DNA of 17,293 nucleotides from Candidatus Muiribacteriota bacterium (GTDB lineage Bacteria > Muiribacteriota > Muiribacteriia > Muiribacteriales > Muiribacteriaceae): positions 9,723 through 27,015 of the forward strand of contig JBNJGP010000036.1 of NCBI GenBank assembly GCA_051747805.1, given 5' to 3'. Of the stretch, positions 1 through 8,940 are shown one piece after another. The position numbers and the translations under genes were made by a program. The notes under the pieces are model-generated. The model was not told where the DNA came from and did no database searches. It saw only the letters and a program-made list of their open reading frames with translations. Every line of letters begins with the position of its first letter. The stretch's first letter is position 1.

Positions 1-1
1 T

Positions 2-1054
2 GATACTTCAGAGGTTCAATTTGAACAGGATTCTTCTGAAACTGAAATTATTTCAGAAACTGGTGAAGTTGAGCTGGTTTCTGAAAAAAAAGAATTTGAT
101 ATTATAAAAGAAAATATAAGAATAAACAATAATAATTTTTCTTTTAAACAGCTTAATAATATTTTTTACTTTATTTATATAGATTCCCGCACAAATAATT
201 TAATCTGCCTTTACTATAATAATATGAAATGGTCTGAATTTATCGTTGATAGAGATGTTGACTCTGATTTTGGCTTTGATTTATCTGTTTCTGAAAATGG
301 TTATTTAAAAGTTCTTTACAGGCTGGAAAACAATTCTGAAAGAATTTATGCTGCAGTTAAAAGCGAAGGCGGGTCATGGAGCTTTTTTGATTTTGAGGCT
401 GCTGTTGATTCTCTTGAAATGGTAAATGTTTATTATAAGGATTTGCTTTATGCGGCCTGGATAGAGTCAAATGAACACGGGTCAAGTCTTTATTATGATA
501 TTATTGGTTCTGTTAATAAGGGGAGTCAACTTGTTTCAAGACTTCATTTAAATAATTATCTTGTCTGGCTTGATGACGAGGTTATTAAGGTTGTTTCTTC
601 CGGAAATAATCCTGAATATATTGAATTTAATAAAACCGATGATGACTGGGAAAAAAACGCTATAAGCCTGGATTATGATTATTTAAACGACGCGCAGAAG
701 TATTTTTATGACGGGCAAGAAATGGTTCTTGTTAAATATAGTAAAAGGAACAGTGCTTTTATAAAATTAATAGATTACAATAATGAAAAAACTTATTTTG
801 AAACAAGATATAATAATGATTTAGATAAAAAGCTCAGATTTTTACAGAAAGATTCTGACTTGCTTTTATTTGCTCCTGATTTTAAAGAATATTTTAGTTT
901 GAATTATTCAAGATGGGAAAATAATAAAACCCCTCATATTTATAAAAATTACGATATTTTAGTCCCGGTTCCTGAATTTAATGGTTTTGGTTATATTTTA
1001 TACAGTGAAGACGACGAAGCTATTTACTGGGATGATAATAAAAATAATGGTTGA
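2..1054 (+). CDS. Hypothetical protein, 5'-truncated by the window edge; acidic and Tyr/Asn-rich, possibly beta-rich and extracytoplasmic
   Basis: The frame of ORF 224..1054 stays open back to position 2 (DTSEVQFEQDSSETEII...YYNNMKW), so Met224 is probably internal. No recognisable family motif. Confidence 0.7.
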   Translation, partial: DTSEVQFEQDSSETEIISETGEVELVSEKKEFDIIKENIRINNNNFSFKQLNNIFYFIYIDSRTNNLICLYYNNMKWSEFIVDRDVDSDFGFDLSVSENGYLKVLYRLENNSERIYAAVKSEGGSWSFFDFEAAVDSLEMVNVYYKDLLYAAWIESNEHGSSLYYDIIGSVNKGSQLVSRLHLNNYLVWLDDEVIKVVSSGNNPEYIEFNKTDDDWEKNAISLDYDYLNDAQKYFYDGQEMVLVKYSKRNSAFIKLIDYNNEKTYFETRYNNDLDKKLRFLQKDSDLLLFAPDFKEYFSLNYSRWENNKTPHIYKNYDILVPVPEFNGFGYILYSEDDEAIYWDDNKNNG

Positions 1055-1083
1055 AATTAATTATTATAAAGGTGTTTAGTTAA

Positions 1084-2433
1084 ATGAGAAGATATTTTTT
1101 TCGTCTGCTTCTAATGGCGGGTGATTTATTTGCTTATGTACTTTCTTTTTTTGTGATTTTATCATTTTTTACTGTTTTATCCTATACACCACAGCTTCTT
1201 ATAATTAATGGTCTTATATTTTTTGTGTTTATGATAATTGAAGAAACCTATTCATTACGCGAAGAAGATTATGTTAAAAAATCCTTTTATATACTGAAAG
1301 GGGTTATTTTTTCCTGTTTTGTAACTTTCTTATTTGTTTATAATACTACAGAAAAGTTTTATCCTATGCTTTTTATTGTTATCTGGTATTTACTCCTTTA
1401 TTTTTTTATTATCAGCATTAGGTATGCAATTGAAAGAGCCGCTGTTAAATGGAATATTTATTTCAGAAAAACTCTTTTAATTGTTTCAGATAATTATGAA
1501 AAAAAAGTTTTTAAGAAGATTTTCAGTAAAGGTTACAGCAGAATTAACCGTGTAAAAAGAGCCCGCAAGTACCAGAAAATACTGGAAATGACAGATGATG
1601 AGCTGGATGATATGATTGAAAAATATAATATTTCACAAGTTATTATTTTTTCAAGAAATATGAGTTTCAAAACCTTGATGAAGTTAGAAGAAAAAATCGA
1701 GGGAAAAGTTTATTTTATTAAAATTATTCCGGCATTTAATCAGATACAGCTGGCCGAGATGGAAGTTATTAATATTAATGAAAACCTGGTTCTTGAAACC
1801 AGACAGAAATTATTATCTCCTTATAGAATGCTTTTAAAAAGAGTGATGGATATAATTCTTGGTATTTTCTTTCTAATTTTGTTTTCACCAGTAATGATTT
1901 TAGTAGCCCTGGCAATTAAAATTGAAAGTCCGGGCCCGGTTTTGTTTAAACAGAAACGGCTTGGACGCAAAAAGAGCATTTTTTATGCCTGGAAGTTCCG
2001 GTCTATGTATAAAGACGCGGAGGGAAGGTTAAACGGTCTGCTTGAGGAAAATCCTGAAATGAAAGCTGAATACGAGAAATATGCTAAAATTTCAAATGAT
2101 CCGCGGGTTACAAAAGTTGGTAGGATTATCAGAAAATTAAGCATTGATGAGCTTCCGCAGTTTTTCAATGTTTTTTTTGGTAGCATGTCAGTAATGGGGC
2201 CAAGACCTTATCTTGTTTCCGAGCTTGAAAAAATGGGTTACAAGGCAAATATTATTCTTGCAGCAAAACCAGGAATTACCGGATTATGGCAGACACGTGG
2301 CAGAAACGAGATGACTTTCGATGAAAGAGTATCTCTTGAAAGTTATTATGTGAAAAACTGGAGCTTATGGGGAGATATTGTAATTCTTTTTGAAACCCCA
2401 TGTGCTGTTTTATTAAAAAGAAAAACTGGATAA
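1084..2433 (+). CDS. Polyprenyl-phosphate hexose-1-phosphate transferase (WbaP/WcaJ family, bacterial sugar transferase domain)
   Basis: About four N-terminal hydrophobic segments. C-terminal motifs KRVMDI, SPGPVLFKQKRLG, KFRSM, DPRVTKVGRIIRKLSIDELPQFFNV, GPRP, KPGITGLWQ, YVKNWSLWGDI. Confidence 0.93.
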   Translation: MRRYFFRLLLMAGDLFAYVLSFFVILSFFTVLSYTPQLLIINGLIFFVFMIIEETYSLREEDYVKKSFYILKGVIFSCFVTFLFVYNTTEKFYPMLFIVIWYLLLYFFIISIRYAIERAAVKWNIYFRKTLLIVSDNYEKKVFKKIFSKGYSRINRVKRARKYQKILEMTDDELDDMIEKYNISQVIIFSRNMSFKTLMKLEEKIEGKVYFIKIIPAFNQIQLAEMEVININENLVLETRQKLLSPYRMLLKRVMDIILGIFFLILFSPVMILVALAIKIESPGPVLFKQKRLGRKKSIFYAWKFRSMYKDAEGRLNGLLEENPEMKAEYEKYAKISNDPRVTKVGRIIRKLSIDELPQFFNVFFGSMSVMGPRPYLVSELEKMGYKANIILAAKPGITGLWQTRGRNEMTFDERVSLESYYVKNWSLWGDIVILFETPCAVLLKRKTG

Positions 2434-2482
2434 TTTTTAATATTCCCACTTTTGAAATGTTTTGAATTGATGAGGTCTTTTA

Positions 2483-3892
2483 ATGATTAATGTAATTCTC
2501 TGCGGCGGCGCCGGAACCAGGCTCTGGCCAGTTTCTAGAAAATATTATCCCAAGCAGTTTTGTAAATTTCTGGGAAAATATTCTCTTTTCCAGCAAACGC
2601 TTCTTCGTAATTTAAAAATATCTCAAAAAATTATAGTAGTAACAAATGATGCTCATTATTTTATTGCAAAAGATCAGGTTGAGGAATTAAAGCTCAAAGA
2701 TTTAAAAATAAGTTACATTCTTGAAACAGTTGCAAAAAATACTGCTCCGGCTATTGCAGCCGCCTGTTTCATTGAATCAGAAGGAAACGCCCCCTTTTTA
2801 ATTACTCCGGCAGACCACTTTATTGAAGATAAGACTCAATATTATAAGTTAGCTCAAAATGCCTCTGATTATGCACAGGAAGGTGAAATAATCACTTTTG
2901 GGATTAAGGCGGATAAGGCTGAAACCGGTTATGGATACATTGAGGTTGAAAAAGACGTAAAAGTAACAAATTTATTTTATAAGGTAAAAAAATTTAAGGA
3001 AAAGCCGGATAAAGAAACCGCTGACAAATATATAAAAAATGGGAACTATTTTTGGAATGCAGGTATTTTTATTTTTGATAAAAATGTATTTTTAGCCGAG
3101 CTTAAGAAGTTTAGGTCAGATATTTATAATAAAACTGCCTCAGCCTGTGAAAATGTTCAAAAAGTTAATTCAAATACTTATAGATTAAAAAAAGAACTTT
3201 TTGAGCTTATCCCCTCACAAAGCGTTGATTATGCTGTAATGGAAAAAACTCATAGAATTTCTACTTTTAAAGCAGATATAGGATGGGATGATCTGGGAAC
3301 TTTTGATGCATTATCTGCCTATCTTCCTGCTGATAAAAACAACAACACAAGCGATGATAATATTATATGCGTTGATTCTGAAAATAATATGATTTTAAAT
3401 CAACATAAAAATATATCAATGCTTGATGTTCAGGATTTAATTGTTGTAAATACATCTGATGCACTTTTAATTACAAAAAAGAACAAGTCAGAAAATGTCA
3501 GAAAAATTCATGAAATATTAAAGAAAACAGAAAATTCTCTGACAGATTTTCATACTACAATTCATAGACCCTGGGGAAAATATACTGTGCTTGAGCAGGG
3601 ATACAGATATAAAATTAAAAATATAACTGTAAGGGTGGGAAAATCTTTATCTTTACAGAAACATTATCATAGAAGTGAGCACTGGGTAGTTGTTAACGGC
3701 ACGGCGGAAGTAGAGCTTGAATATAAAAATTTTATGCTCAATTCGGGAGAATCTGTTTATGTTGGAGCCGGCAAATTACATAGACTTGCTAATAACGGAA
3801 AAATTCCCCTGGTGATAATAGAGGTTTCTGTTGGTGATTATTTGCGAGAGGATGATATAGAAAGGTTTGAAGATGAATATGGAAGAAAGTAG
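2483..3892 (+). CDS. manC: Mannose-1-phosphate guanylyltransferase / mannose-6-phosphate isomerase (bifunctional type II)
   Basis: VILCGGAGTRLWPVSRKYYPKQF, NTAPA, PADH, ETGYGYI, FKEKP, WNAGIF, SVDYAVME, GWDDLG. C-terminal cupin RPWG...SLQKHYHRSEHWVVV...EDDIERFED. Confidence 0.96.
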   Translation: MINVILCGGAGTRLWPVSRKYYPKQFCKFLGKYSLFQQTLLRNLKISQKIIVVTNDAHYFIAKDQVEELKLKDLKISYILETVAKNTAPAIAAACFIESEGNAPFLITPADHFIEDKTQYYKLAQNASDYAQEGEIITFGIKADKAETGYGYIEVEKDVKVTNLFYKVKKFKEKPDKETADKYIKNGNYFWNAGIFIFDKNVFLAELKKFRSDIYNKTASACENVQKVNSNTYRLKKELFELIPSQSVDYAVMEKTHRISTFKADIGWDDLGTFDALSAYLPADKNNNTSDDNIICVDSENNMILNQHKNISMLDVQDLIVVNTSDALLITKKNKSENVRKIHEILKKTENSLTDFHTTIHRPWGKYTVLEQGYRYKIKNITVRVGKSLSLQKHYHRSEHWVVVNGTAEVELEYKNFMLNSGESVYVGAGKLHRLANNGKIPLVIIEVSVGDYLREDDIERFEDEYGRK

Positions 3893-3903
3893 TAAAAGCA
3901 ATG

Positions 3904-3972
3904 TTGAGTTTTGAATTTGGAATGTCGAATTAAAAAATGCTTTAAATTCAAAATTCGAAATTGAAAATTTGC
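3904..3972. repeat. Inverted array of 7-bp repeats (consensus TTGAATT x4, spacer, AATTCAA x4)
   Basis: Left arm TTGAGTT TTGAATT TGGAATG TCGAATT (3904-3931), 13-nt spacer, right arm AATTCAA AATTCGA AATTGAA AATTTGC (3945-3972). Confidence 0.75.
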
Positions 3973-4000
3973 TTTAATTGCTACTAAATCGGAGGATTTC

Positions 4001-5029
4001 ATGAAAAAAGCTTTAATTACAGGTGTTACCGGTCAGGACGGGGCATATCTGGCTGAATTTCTACTAAAAAAAGGCTATGAAGTTTATGGAACTGTCAGAA
4101 GAACAAGTTCTGTAAATTTATGGCGGTTGTATGAGCTTGATTTATTTAATTATAAAAATTTTAAAACTGTTCAGTTTGATTTAATAGATCAGGCCGATGC
4201 AATCAGAACAGTTAAAGAAATACAGCCTGATGAAATTTATAATCTTGCCGCAATGAGTTTTGTTGGTGTTTCCTTTAAACAGCCTACTGCTACAGCTCAG
4301 ATGAACGGTATGGGTGCGTTGTATCTGCTTGAGGCTGTAAGAATTTTAAATCCCGATATTAAGTTCTATCAGGCTTCTACTTCTGAGCTTTTTGGAAAAG
4401 TTCAGGAAACTCCTCAGAATGAAAAAACCCCCTTTTATCCAAGAAGCCCATATGGAGTTTCGAAGCTTTTTGCCCACTGGTCAACAATTAATTATAGAGA
4501 AAGCTATAATATTTTTGCCTCCTGTGGAATATTATTTAATCACGAATCGCCCCTTAGGGGTATTGAGTTTGTAACCCGTAAAATAACAGACGGGGTGGCA
4601 AAAATAAAACTGGATAAACAGTCTTTTATCGAGCTGGGTAATCTTTCGGCCAGAAGGGACTGGGGATTTGCAAGAGAGTATGTAGAGGGAATGTATCGGA
4701 TGCTTCAAAAAGATAAACCCCACACCTATGTGCTTTCAACTGGAAAAACTTATTCTATACGGGATTTCTGTGAACTTGCTTTCAAAGCAGTTGATATTGA
4801 AATAAAATGGCAGGGCGAGGGTGTTGAGGAAGTTGGTGTTAATAAAAAAAATGGTAAAATTATTGTGAAAGTCAACCCTATTTTTTTTAGACCCACTGAG
4901 GTTGATTTGTTAATTGGCGATGCTCAGAAAGCTTATGAAGAATTAGACTGGAAGGCTGAAACTGATTTGCCGGAATTAACCCGCATGATGGTGAGCAGAG
5001 ATTTAGAAAGGTTAGGGAATTTTTTATAG
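4001..5029 (+). CDS. gmd: GDP-mannose 4,6-dehydratase
   Basis: [44 protein letters not shown] (YxxxK), [45 protein letters not shown] at 3991-3995. Confidence 0.97.
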   Translation: MKKALITGVTGQDGAYLAEFLLKKGYEVYGTVRRTSSVNLWRLYELDLFNYKNFKTVQFDLIDQADAIRTVKEIQPDEIYNLAAMSFVGVSFKQPTATAQMNGMGALYLLEAVRILNPDIKFYQASTSELFGKVQETPQNEKTPFYPRSPYGVSKLFAHWSTINYRESYNIFASCGILFNHESPLRGIEFVTRKITDGVAKIKLDKQSFIELGNLSARRDWGFAREYVEGMYRMLQKDKPHTYVLSTGKTYSIRDFCELAFKAVDIEIKWQGEGVEEVGVNKKNGKIIVKVNPIFFRPTEVDLLIGDAQKAYEELDWKAETDLPELTRMMVSRDLERLGNFL

Positions 5030-5100
5030 TTTGTGGGAAAAATTCCACATAATTATCTATTATAAACTTCTGCTATCCCTTGTTTTACAACTTTAAATTC

Positions 5101-5116
5101 TGGCATATTTTTTGTA
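5101..5116 (+). promoter_or_regulatory. Putative sigma54 (-24/-12) promoter of the moxR-bat operon
   Basis: TGGCATATTTTTTGTA versus consensus TGGCAC-N5-TTGCW. GG-N10 spacing is correct but the -12 element reads GT rather than GC. Lies 60 nt before the ATG. Confidence 0.4.
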
Positions 5117-5175
5117 ATATTAATTCAGAAATATTTACTGTTTAAAAAACTTATCAAAAATTTGACGGAGGAAAA

Positions 5176-6159
5176 ATGGACCTTGTAAAAATGAATGAAA
5201 TGATTAGAGAAAAATCCCTTTTTATTGATAATATCAGAAATGAAGCCTCAAAAGTAATTGTTGGGCAAAAAAAAATGATTAACTCAATAATTATGGCTTT
5301 TTTAACCAACGGCCATATTCTTTTAGAAGGGGTTCCCGGGCTTGCAAAAACCCTTACTATAAAGACTATATCCGATATAATGGATTTGTCTTTTCAGCGA
5401 ATACAGTTTACTCCCGATTTGCAGCCAGCTGATTTGATTGGTACGTTAATATATAATCAGAAAAACTCCAGTTTTGAAATTAAAAAAGGTCCAATTTTTG
5501 CAAATATTATTCTGGCAGATGAAATTAACCGTGCACCTGCTAAAGTTCAAAGTGCTCTTTTAGAGGCAATGCAGGAAAAACAGGTAACTATCGGGAACGA
5601 AACTTTTAAACTGCCTCAACCTTTTTTAGTGCTGGCCACTCAGAACCCGATTGAGCAGGAGGGAACTTATCCTCTTCCCGAAGCTCAGGTTGATAGATTT
5701 TTTATAAAAACAAAGGTTGACTACCCTGCTTATGATGAAGAAAGGGAAGTTATTAAAAAAATGAGTGTTTCACCTGACTTAAGTGTAAATACAATTATTG
5801 ATGGTTCAAAAATACTTGAGGCTGTTTCTTCTGTAGAAGAAGTTTATATTGATGATAAAGTTATAGATTATATTCTTGACCTTGTTTTTGCAACAAGAAA
5901 TCCTGAAAAATACGGCCTGAAAAAGTTAAGTAATCTTATATCATACGGGGCCTCTCCGCGCGCCTCAATTAATCTTACAAAGGCGGGTAAAGCATATGCT
6001 TTTATTAATCATCGTGGATATGTAACTCCAGAGGATATTAAGATTATCTGTTATGATGTTTTAAGACACAGAGTTATTCCATCATATGAGGCAGAGGCAG
6101 AGGAATATACTTCAGAGACAATCATAAAAGAACTTCTTGATAAAGTACAGGTGCCATAA
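5176..6159 (+). CDS. moxR: MoxR-family AAA+ ATPase
   Basis: GHILLEGVPGLAKT (Walker A), RIQFTPDL.PAD, ILADEINRAPAKVQSALLEAMQE (Walker B), ATQNPIEQEGTYPLPEAQVDRF, GASPRA. GGAGG RBS at 5167-5171. Confidence 0.96.
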   Translation: MDLVKMNEMIREKSLFIDNIRNEASKVIVGQKKMINSIIMAFLTNGHILLEGVPGLAKTLTIKTISDIMDLSFQRIQFTPDLQPADLIGTLIYNQKNSSFEIKKGPIFANIILADEINRAPAKVQSALLEAMQEKQVTIGNETFKLPQPFLVLATQNPIEQEGTYPLPEAQVDRFFIKTKVDYPAYDEEREVIKKMSVSPDLSVNTIIDGSKILEAVSSVEEVYIDDKVIDYILDLVFATRNPEKYGLKKLSNLISYGASPRASINLTKAGKAYAFINHRGYVTPEDIKIICYDVLRHRVIPSYEAEAEEYTSETIIKELLDKVQVP

Positions 6160-7034
6160 TGCAGATAAAAGATTTAATGAAAAAAGTGCGTAAAATTCAT
6201 ATTAAAACAAATCGACTGGTTGATGAATTATTTGGCGGTGAATTTCATTCTGCATTCAAGGGAAAGGGAATTGAGTTTACCGACTTGAGAAAATATGAGT
6301 TTGGGGATGATATTCGTTCTATTGACTGGAAAGTTACGGCCCGCTTTAATGAGCCTTATATAAAAGTTTTTGAGGAAGAAAGAGAACTGAGTATTATGCT
6401 GCTTACTGATATTAGTCCATCAATGGATTTTGGTTCATTGTTTGAAAATAAAAAGCAGATTGCAACTGAAATTGCCTCAATTATTTCATTATCTGCTGTA
6501 AAAAACCGGGATAAAGTTGGATCTATATTTTTTTCTGATGATGTTAACTCTTATTATTCTCTAAAAAAAGGGCTTCAGCATTCTCTTGTTATAATAAGAG
6601 ATATGATTGCGAGAACTGGTTCAGGAACTAAAACAAATTATGAGGTAGCCGCAGATTATCTACTTAACTCCCAGAAAAAAAAGGCGGTTGTATTTTTTAT
6701 TTCTGATTTTATAAATTTTAATTCATTTAAAAAGCTTGGCATAATTAATAAAAAACATGATCTTATTTGTGTTCGAATTAAAGATAGACTTGAAAAAAAT
6801 CCCCCTGAGTTTTTTTATGGTAATTTTTTAGAGCTTGAAAGCGGTAAAGAAGCAGGTATATCATTCGGGGATAATAATTTATATAAATCTGAAGCATTAA
6901 GCGAGGATGAAGCGTTTAAAAAAAAGTTGAAAAAATATGGGATTGATTTACTTGATATTATGACAGAAGATGATTACGTTAAGAAGCTGAACCTGTTTTT
7001 TAAAAAAAGAATTGCCAGAAAAAGTCTCAGATAA
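6159..7034 (+). CDS. DUF58 family protein (vWA-like MoxR partner)
   Basis: GEFHSAFKGKGIEF.DLRKY.FGDDIRSIDWKVTAR, FEEERE, DISPSM, FISDF. Coupled to moxR by a TAATG overlap. Confidence 0.92.
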   Translation: MQIKDLMKKVRKIHIKTNRLVDELFGGEFHSAFKGKGIEFTDLRKYEFGDDIRSIDWKVTARFNEPYIKVFEEERELSIMLLTDISPSMDFGSLFENKKQIATEIASIISLSAVKNRDKVGSIFFSDDVNSYYSLKKGLQHSLVIIRDMIARTGSGTKTNYEVAADYLLNSQKKKAVVFFISDFINFNSFKKLGIINKKHDLICVRIKDRLEKNPPEFFYGNFLELESGKEAGISFGDNNLYKSEALSEDEAFKKKLKKYGIDLLDIMTEDDYVKKLNLFFKKRIARKSLR

Positions 7035-7064
7035 ATTAGTTTTGCTTATTTAAGGAGATAATAG

Positions 7065-7946
7065 ATGAAAAAAATACTTATTATATTATGGGCAATGTAT
7101 TTTTGCTTTTTTATATATGCCGATGTTAGTTTTTCCTTTGATACAGATGAGGTTGAGTTTGGAATTCCTATAAATCTGACGGTTAACTATGATGAAAACA
7201 GCTATTCATGGGATGAGTTAGATAAGGAATTTGAGGATTTCCGGCATATTCGAACTGATACAGCTGAAAACCAGATTAATATGGAGCTAATTCCTTTAAA
7301 TGATGGAGTGATTGAGTTTGGACCCAAATCCTTTAAGTTTAGGGATAAAGATGGAGAGGTTATTGAGTTTTATAACGATACTATGTCAATAACGGTAAGG
7401 TCATTACTTGATGATTCCGAAAACCCAGAGCCAAAACCTTCAGCTGGATTTTTTGATTTTATGTCAAAATACGATTTTAAAAGAATTGGGCTGACCATTT
7501 TTATTATATTGGTAATAATCCTTATTATTGCCGGGATTTATATATACCGAAAAAGATACAAGATGAAATCCCTTCAGAAGTTTCTTGATCCCCCTCATAT
7601 TTTGGCGTTGCGCGAGCTGGAAGAACTTAAAATTAAAAATTATATCGAGGACAATAAACAAAAAAGTTATTGCGTGGAATTATCCAGGATATTAAAAAAT
7701 TATATTGAAAGAAGATATCATTTTAATGCCTCAGAAATGACCACATTCGAGCTGGAAAATCATTTTTATAATTCAAATATGGATATTTTCCAGTTTAATA
7801 AAATAATTGAATATTTAAAAAGTATGGACCTTGTTAAATTTGCTAAATACAGGCTGGAAAGAGAAAAGCTTAAGAATATGTTTGAGTTTGCAAGAGAGTT
7901 TATAATAAATACAAAAGAGGAAGAAGAAAATGAGGCTGGAAAATAG
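7065..7946 (+). CDS. Bat-operon membrane protein (signal peptide, extracytoplasmic domain, one TM helix, cytoplasmic tail)
   Basis: Signal-like N-terminus MKKILIILWAMYFCFFIYA, TM segment IGLTIFIILVIILIIAGIYIY, and tail PPHILALRELEEL...LSRILKNYIERRY.FNASEMTT.E...DLVKFAK typical of the gene between DUF58 and batA. Confidence 0.8.
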   Translation: MKKILIILWAMYFCFFIYADVSFSFDTDEVEFGIPINLTVNYDENSYSWDELDKEFEDFRHIRTDTAENQINMELIPLNDGVIEFGPKSFKFRDKDGEVIEFYNDTMSITVRSLLDDSENPEPKPSAGFFDFMSKYDFKRIGLTIFIILVIILIIAGIYIYRKRYKMKSLQKFLDPPHILALRELEELKIKNYIEDNKQKSYCVELSRILKNYIERRYHFNASEMTTFELENHFYNSNMDIFQFNKIIEYLKSMDLVKFAKYRLEREKLKNMFEFAREFIINTKEEEENEAGK

Positions 7947-8898
7947 TTTATATTTATTACTTATTATACCTGTTTTAATAATACTTTATCTTAAATTTAA
8001 AAAATTTGAGACTAAGCTTTCTTTTCCTTCGATAGAGAAATTTGCCTCTTTTTCATGGAAAAGTTTTTTCAGATATTTATTGAGAGGAATTGCTATAATA
8101 CTGATTATTTTTGCCCTTGCCCGACCCCAGCATTATTCTGAAAGAGAAATAGTCCACGGTGAAGGAATTGATATAATGATTCTGCTGGATATTTCTACCA
8201 GTATGCTGGCCCGGGATTTTCCGCCAAACAGAGTAGAGGCTGCAAAAAGATTAACTAAGGATTTTATATCCAAACGACCAAATGACCGAATTGGACTGAC
8301 TTTATATGCGGCTGAGGCAATTAACTGGGTACCTCTTACGCTGGACCATCATATGCTTAAAAAGAGGGTTTCAGAGGTTGAACTCGAGCTTATTGATGAA
8401 AGATATTTTGGTGGCAGAGGGCTGCAGGCTGAAACTATGCTGCCTGATGGTACGGCAATCGGAACAGCAATTGCCGTTGGAACAAATAGAATGAAGGAAG
8501 TTGAAACAGATGAAAGAATTATAGTTTTAGTTACTGATGGAATTAACAACAAAGGTGAAATCACCCCGGAAATGGCGGCTGAAATGGCTGATTCAGAAGG
8601 AATTAAAATTTATACAATTGGCATTGGCTCACCAGTTACGAGAGGAGATTTTGAAGAAATTGATGAACAACAGATGATTAGAATATCAAAAAAAACCGGC
8701 GGGAAGTATTTCAGGGCTTACGATGAGGAAGAGCTTCAAAAAATTTACGACACAATTTCTGAGCTTGAGCCCTCAAAAATTGAAAGCACAATTTTTGCCG
8801 TTACCAGGGAGTATTTTCATTATCTGCTCTGGCCAGTAGTTGCTGTTTTATTTATTGAATTGATTATATTTGATTTATATATGAAAAGAATACCTTAA
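7930..8898 (+). CDS. batA: BatA-like vWA-domain membrane protein
   Basis: N-terminal TM, ALARPQ, GIDIMILLDISTSMLARDF.PNR (MIDAS DxSxS), DRIGL, PLTLD, DGTAIG.AI, LVTDG.NN.GEI.P, TGGKYFRA, C-terminal TM. Overlaps the upstream gene by 17 bp. Confidence 0.9.
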   Translation: MRLENSLYLLLIIPVLIILYLKFKKFETKLSFPSIEKFASFSWKSFFRYLLRGIAIILIIFALARPQHYSEREIVHGEGIDIMILLDISTSMLARDFPPNRVEAAKRLTKDFISKRPNDRIGLTLYAAEAINWVPLTLDHHMLKKRVSEVELELIDERYFGGRGLQAETMLPDGTAIGTAIAVGTNRMKEVETDERIIVLVTDGINNKGEITPEMAAEMADSEGIKIYTIGIGSPVTRGDFEEIDEQQMIRISKKTGGKYFRAYDEEELQKIYDTISELEPSKIESTIFAVTREYFHYLLWPVVAVLFIELIIFDLYMKRIP

Positions 8899-8940
8899 AG
8901 TCATGTTCTGGGTTGAATAGATAATTACAGGGGATATTGT

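Noticed and set aside
224..226. Met224 as the start of the first gene
   Set aside because: The frame is open to the window edge and no RBS precedes it, so it is probably an internal Met.
479..489. GGGTCAAGTCT, a 10/11 match to the repeat core
   Set aside because: It lies inside coding sequence, lacks the fourth G and the ACACTTTTCAC tail, and has no partner. Compatible with chance.
1983..2186. 67-aa minus-strand ORF
   Set aside because: Antisense shadow of the conserved sugar transferase domain.
2450..2469. TTTTGAA twice before manC, resembling the heptamer array
   Set aside because: Only two units, 10-nt spacing rather than 7, and no inverted arm.
4392..4723. Short ORFs 4392..4574 (+) and 4532..4723 (-)
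   Set aside because: Wholly inside gmd in alternative frames, with no motifs.
7464..8564. Short ORFs 7464..7661 (-), 8306..8494 (+) and 8349..8564 (-)
   Set aside because: Nested within well-supported bat-operon genes.
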